Source: Candidatus Latescibacterota bacterium
GTDB lineage: Bacteria; Latescibacterota; UBA2968
Direction: 5' to 3'
NCBI GenBank assembly: GCA_965222605.1
Contig: OZ244960.1
Coordinates: 2,720,001 to 2,784,000 of the forward strand
Length of the DNA: 64,000 nucleotides
Every line of letters starts with the position of its first letter. Positions within the stretch are counted from its first letter, which is position 1. The notes beneath the pieces are model-generated. The model was given only the letters and a program-made list of their open reading frames with translations, did no database searches and was not told the origin of the DNA. Shown one piece after another: positions 60,734-64,000 of this stretch. The position numbers and the translations under genes are program-made.

Positions 60734-61131
60734 GGTTCCCCCTGTATTTTGTCAGCAGGCGCAGGTCTTGCAGGTCTTCGCGCAGATACGCAATGCCCCA
60801 GTGGATATTATCTGAGGATGTGGTCGTTTGAGATTCGGGTGTTTCGGCCAGGGTAGATTTTTCTCTCTGGATAAAGGGATTGACTTCTTGTGAAGAAGAT
60901 ATGCCATCACAGCAAAAAGTCAATGGACTATATGGGGGTTGGAGGCTGGGGAAGTGTGATCCACATTGAGTTGATCCCCGATTGATCTGGTGAACCATAG
61001 TGTCAAAACGCTGATTGTTCTGCCCAATCAGCATTTTCAACCAGGTCAACGCGATATCGTGTCGGTGAACCTTTGTTTTCTTTCTTTCACCTCACGCCTC
61101 GCTCTGGCGGGTCTGCGCGATTCCTAACTAA

Positions 61132-62946
61132 TCACTTTATCTTCCACTCCATCCGTCCGCGAGAAATATAATCCTTTGTCTCCCATTCCTCACGGATTAT
61201 GCCTCGCTCTTTCTCCTCTACTGCTGGCTTCGACACTCCAAATCGCACCTCAACCCCTCTGCTCTGAAGGGCTGGAATGTGCGTGTTAATAGATGTACTG
61301 CTCAACGGATTGCTTTTCAAATCAACCGTGTCTCCACTGCCCAATCCCGTATTTGCCACCAATGGCGAAATATCCGAGATGCTGTTGCGGACAAGATATA
61401 GGTATGTCAGGTTTGTCAAGTTGGAGAGGACAGATATATCCGAGATGCTGTTGCCGCTAAGATACAGCCTGTCCAGGTTCGTCAAGTTGGAGAGGACAGA
61501 TATATCCGAGATACTGTTATCCCTAAGATACAGCCTGTCCAGGTTCGTCAAGTTGGACAGCGAGGATATATCCGAGATACTGCTGTCGCCAAGATGCAGC
61601 CAGGTCAGGTTCGTCAAGTTGGACAGTGCTGATATATCCGAGATACTGTTGGAGGTAAGATGCAGCCAGGTCAGGTTCGTCAAGTTGGACAGTGCTGATA
61701 TATCCGTGATATTGTTGTCCCAAAGATTCAGACTTTCCAGATTCGTCAAGTTGGACAGTGCTGATATATCCGAGATATTGTTGTCCCAAAGATTCAGACT
61801 TTCCAGATTCGTCAAGTTGGACAGTGCTGATATATCCGAGATACTGTTGTCGCCAAGATGCAGCCAGGTCAGGTTCGTCAAGTTGGACAGTGCTGATATA
61901 TCCGAGATACTGTTGGAGGTAAGACTAAGGTATGTCAGGTTCGTCAAGTTGGAGAGGGGCGAGAGGTTAGATATATCGTTGCTGTTGACCAACTCATCAT
62001 TCACCCTCACACGACTAAGCCCCAGCCTTTGCAAATTGGTTGCATGCTCAAGTCCTGTCAGATTGCGAATACCCTTATTGTACGCGTCAATGCGTGTCAA
62101 AGTCGCCATCTCAGCCCGGGTAATTGACGCATTACGCGCCTTGCCGAGACTGTCTGCGATCACCGCACGCAGGTTCGCATCTGAAATGGTCACAGTCGCA
62201 CCGCCACTGCTACTGCCACCGCCACCACCACCGCCAGAGGACGGCACTTGACTGCCGAAGTTATCGACAAAGATCAGAAAGTCTGGAATACCAATCACGC
62301 CATTCTCATCCAGATCATACTTCGCGTCATAGCCCGCACCACCACGACTTGTCCCAAAATGATTTACAAATTCCAAAAAGTCGGGAATACCAACTGTCCC
62401 ATCGCCATCAAAGTCTGGGGAAGGTGCCGTAGAAACTTGCAACTCGACGCGAGCAGTCAGCGTCACGGTCTCAAATCGTCCACCTCGGCTGAGTTCGGCA
62501 CGTACCAACCGAATTGTTGTGCCCGAAAACGCGGCTGTCGTGCGAAAGCGTATCGTGCCCAATAGACCGCTGTTGGCAGTTGCTTGACCACCACCCAAAG
62601 ACACGATGCCGATCTCCACATAAGTGGGATTTGTGCCCTGCTCTGGCAGTGCCTGAGCATTTGGCAAGACATCGCCGGCATCAAAGCCTTCATACACAAC
62701 CTGACCCGCGTCATATTCAAAGCGCACCGCAAGGCCGTTCGCATTTTGTATATCCTTTCCGAAGATCTGAATAGTAACAATCTGATCAGCGGACACATTA
62801 AGGGATGTAACCGCCTGATCGCCCGTCGCACCATTTACATCCAGCGAAAGAGAAAAACTATTCTGCGCCGAGAGAGACAGCGGGTATATCAGAAGTGCGA
62901 GTGTTGATAAGGTTGATAGAATCAGTTTACACATCGGGTCCTCCAT
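61132..62946 (-). CDS. Secreted cohesin-like plus dockerin-like plus internalin-type LRR protein
   Basis: Signal peptide; V.IQIF..NANG...FEYD..GTIRF beta-sandwich; double EF-hand; 22-aa LRRs. Confidence 0.8.
   Translation of the reverse strand: MEDPMCKLILSTLSTLALLIYPLSLSAQNSFSLSLDVNGATGDQAVTSLNVSADQIVTIQIFGKDIQNANGLAVRFEYDAGQVVYEGFDAGDVLPNAQALPEQGTNPTYVEIGIVSLGGGQATANSGLLGTIRFRTTAAFSGTTIRLVRAELSRGGRFETVTLTARVELQVSTAPSPDFDGDGTVGIPDFLEFVNHFGTSRGGAGYDAKYDLDENGVIGIPDFLIFVDNFGSQVPSSGGGGGGGSSSGGATVTISDANLRAVIADSLGKARNASITRAEMATLTRIDAYNKGIRNLTGLEHATNLQRLGLSRVRVNDELVNSNDISNLSPLSNLTNLTYLSLTSNSISDISALSNLTNLTWLHLGDNSISDISALSNLTNLESLNLWDNNISDISALSNLTNLESLNLWDNNITDISALSNLTNLTWLHLTSNSISDISALSNLTNLTWLHLGDSSISDISSLSNLTNLDRLYLRDNSISDISVLSNLTNLDRLYLSGNSISDISVLSNLTNLTYLYLVRNSISDISPLVANTGLGSGDTVDLKSNPLSSTSINTHIPALQSRGVEVRFGVSKPAVEEKERGIIREEWETKDYISRGRMEWKIK
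61370..61990. repeat. 66-bp tandem coding repeats (LRR), about 9 units
   Basis: Repeated GTCAAGTTGGACAGTGCTGATATATCCGAGAT. Confidence 0.9.
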
Positions 62947-63026
62947 GAGTTACAAATTTTAAAGCTGATCGCTGACTGCTTTTTGGCGGTGTTGAGTGCC
63001 TCCTTACCTCTCCCGTCTCACCGCCT

Positions 63027-63713
63027 TTAATTATTAATCGCCTGTCGCGTCGCTTCCAGGAACGTTTCGTAGTTCCGAGTACCAACAAACTTGCTGACAA
63101 TCTCACCTTTGGCGTTCAGGAACACCGAGGTAGGATAGGCTGAGACCTCATACGCATTGCGCGCTTCTCCCGTCGAGTCGAGAACAAAAGTCCAGGTATA
63201 GCCGTATTGTGTGATAAAACGCAGTTCCTGGCTACGCGTGTCTCCTACGCCAATGCCGACGATATGGATAGAGCCACTCATAGTATTTTGCAACTTTTGT
63301 ATATCGGGCATTTCAGCAATACAGGGACCACACCAGGTTCCCCAGAAGTTGAGGAACACGGGTTTGCCGCGTTGTTCCTGTAGATTGAACGATTCGCCAA
63401 TGAGGGTTCTCAGCGTGAAGTCGGGGGCTTGCATCCCAACTTGAATGCCAATGGGAGCATCGGTGGTTGGCGGGGGGGTTGTGACTGTCTGCCCGTAGAA
63501 TTGGGCAAAAATGATAAAGTCCCGAAAATTGACTGTGCCATCCCCATTCAAGTCAAACGGAGTCTGGTTTGTCCCATATCCCTGTGAGAATGCGACAAAA
63601 TCGGCAAAATCCACTTTGCCGCTATTATTAAAATCGCAATCTGCTGCGGTTGGTGCTGCGTGTACATAGGCAGGTAGGAGCAGGAAACTCAATGTTATTA
63701 CATACTTAAACAT
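63027..63713 (-). CDS. Secreted dockerin-like plus TlpA redoxin
   Basis: MFKYV signal; DFNNSGKVDFADF and DLNGDGTVNFRDF; WCGPC. Confidence 0.85.
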   Translation of the reverse strand: MFKYVITLSFLLLPAYVHAAPTAADCDFNNSGKVDFADFVAFSQGYGTNQTPFDLNGDGTVNFRDFIIFAQFYGQTVTTPPPTTDAPIGIQVGMQAPDFTLRTLIGESFNLQEQRGKPVFLNFWGTWCGPCIAEMPDIQKLQNTMSGSIHIVGIGVGDTRSQELRFITQYGYTWTFVLDSTGEARNAYEVSAYPTSVFLNAKGEIVSKFVGTRNYETFLEATRQAINN

Positions 63714-63738
63714 GGCATACCTCCTGAAAAATGGTTCA

Positions 63739-64000
63739 TTATCCACTGACGGGCTTACCATACGCCCCAGCAAATAGCACAAAATCGGAAAACCCAACCC
63801 GACCATCGCCGTCGAGATCAAATTTGGAATCGAAGGTCGCCTGTCCACTGCGCGTGCCATACGCCCCGGCAAACAACACAAAGTCTGAGAATCCAACGCG
63901 CCCATTGCCATCAAAGTCGGGTGAGGGCGCGCTACTGCCACTACGCGGGAGGGGGATGAGTTGTGCGCGAAAATCACCTTCGGCATCGGTGAAGATGTTG
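63739..64000 (-). CDS. C-terminus of a protein ending in a dockerin-like domain (starts outside window)
   Basis: Manual translation SPDFDGNGRVGFSDFVLFAGAYG..FDLDGDGRVGFSDFVLF..*. Confidence 0.85.
   Translation of the reverse strand, partial: NIFTDAEGDFRAQLIPLPRSGSSAPSPDFDGNGRVGFSDFVLFAGAYGTRSGQATFDSKFDLDGDGRVGFSDFVLFAGAYGKPVSG

Noticed and set aside
61370-61990. CRISPR-like periodic repeats
   Set aside because: These are in-frame 66-bp LRR coding units with no unique spacers and no cas genes
61277-62251. 324-aa plus-strand repetitive ORF
   Set aside because: Antisense of the LRR gene
63714-63986. N-terminal extension of the 319-aa ORF
   Set aside because: The real start is at 63713 (RBS, signal peptide); the upstream DNA codes in another frame

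Overview
This is a bacterial chromosomal window with no rRNA, tRNA or CRISPR array seen. Its many secreted dockerin/EF-hand, cadherin, FN3 and LRR proteins, sulfatase, Rpn-like nuclease and numerous TA modules resemble marine or sponge-associated Latescibacterota/Gemmatimonadota-like genomes (inference only). The housekeeping backbone is an ECF sigma/anti-sigma cluster, yceI, uxuA, a sulfatase, a System I* ccm operon, trmH, carboxypeptidase M32, a nucleoside hydrolase, rsgA and two LolC/E permeases. There are three accessory zones. (1) 1-18.8 kb is a nested duplication/insertion hotspot with a sensor kinase and remnants of both its ends, two VapBC pairs, a type II R-M pair, an IS982-disrupted giant adhesin, a tyrosine recombinase and an att-like repeat. 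(2) 38.5-42.1 kb is an insert that splits the ccm operon. (3) 47.5-51.3 kb is a TA/defence cluster. Top findings: a divergent RelA/SpoT-domain gene coupled to an unknown partner; a recurrent dockerin-like tag plus a cohesin-dockerin-LRR protein (possible non-cellulosomal surface assembly); a SelW/Rdx selenoprotein (CxxU plus SECIS) missed by the ORF track; and an intact tnpB-only element with a 5-bp flanking repeat. All family assignments are by motif recognition, not database search.
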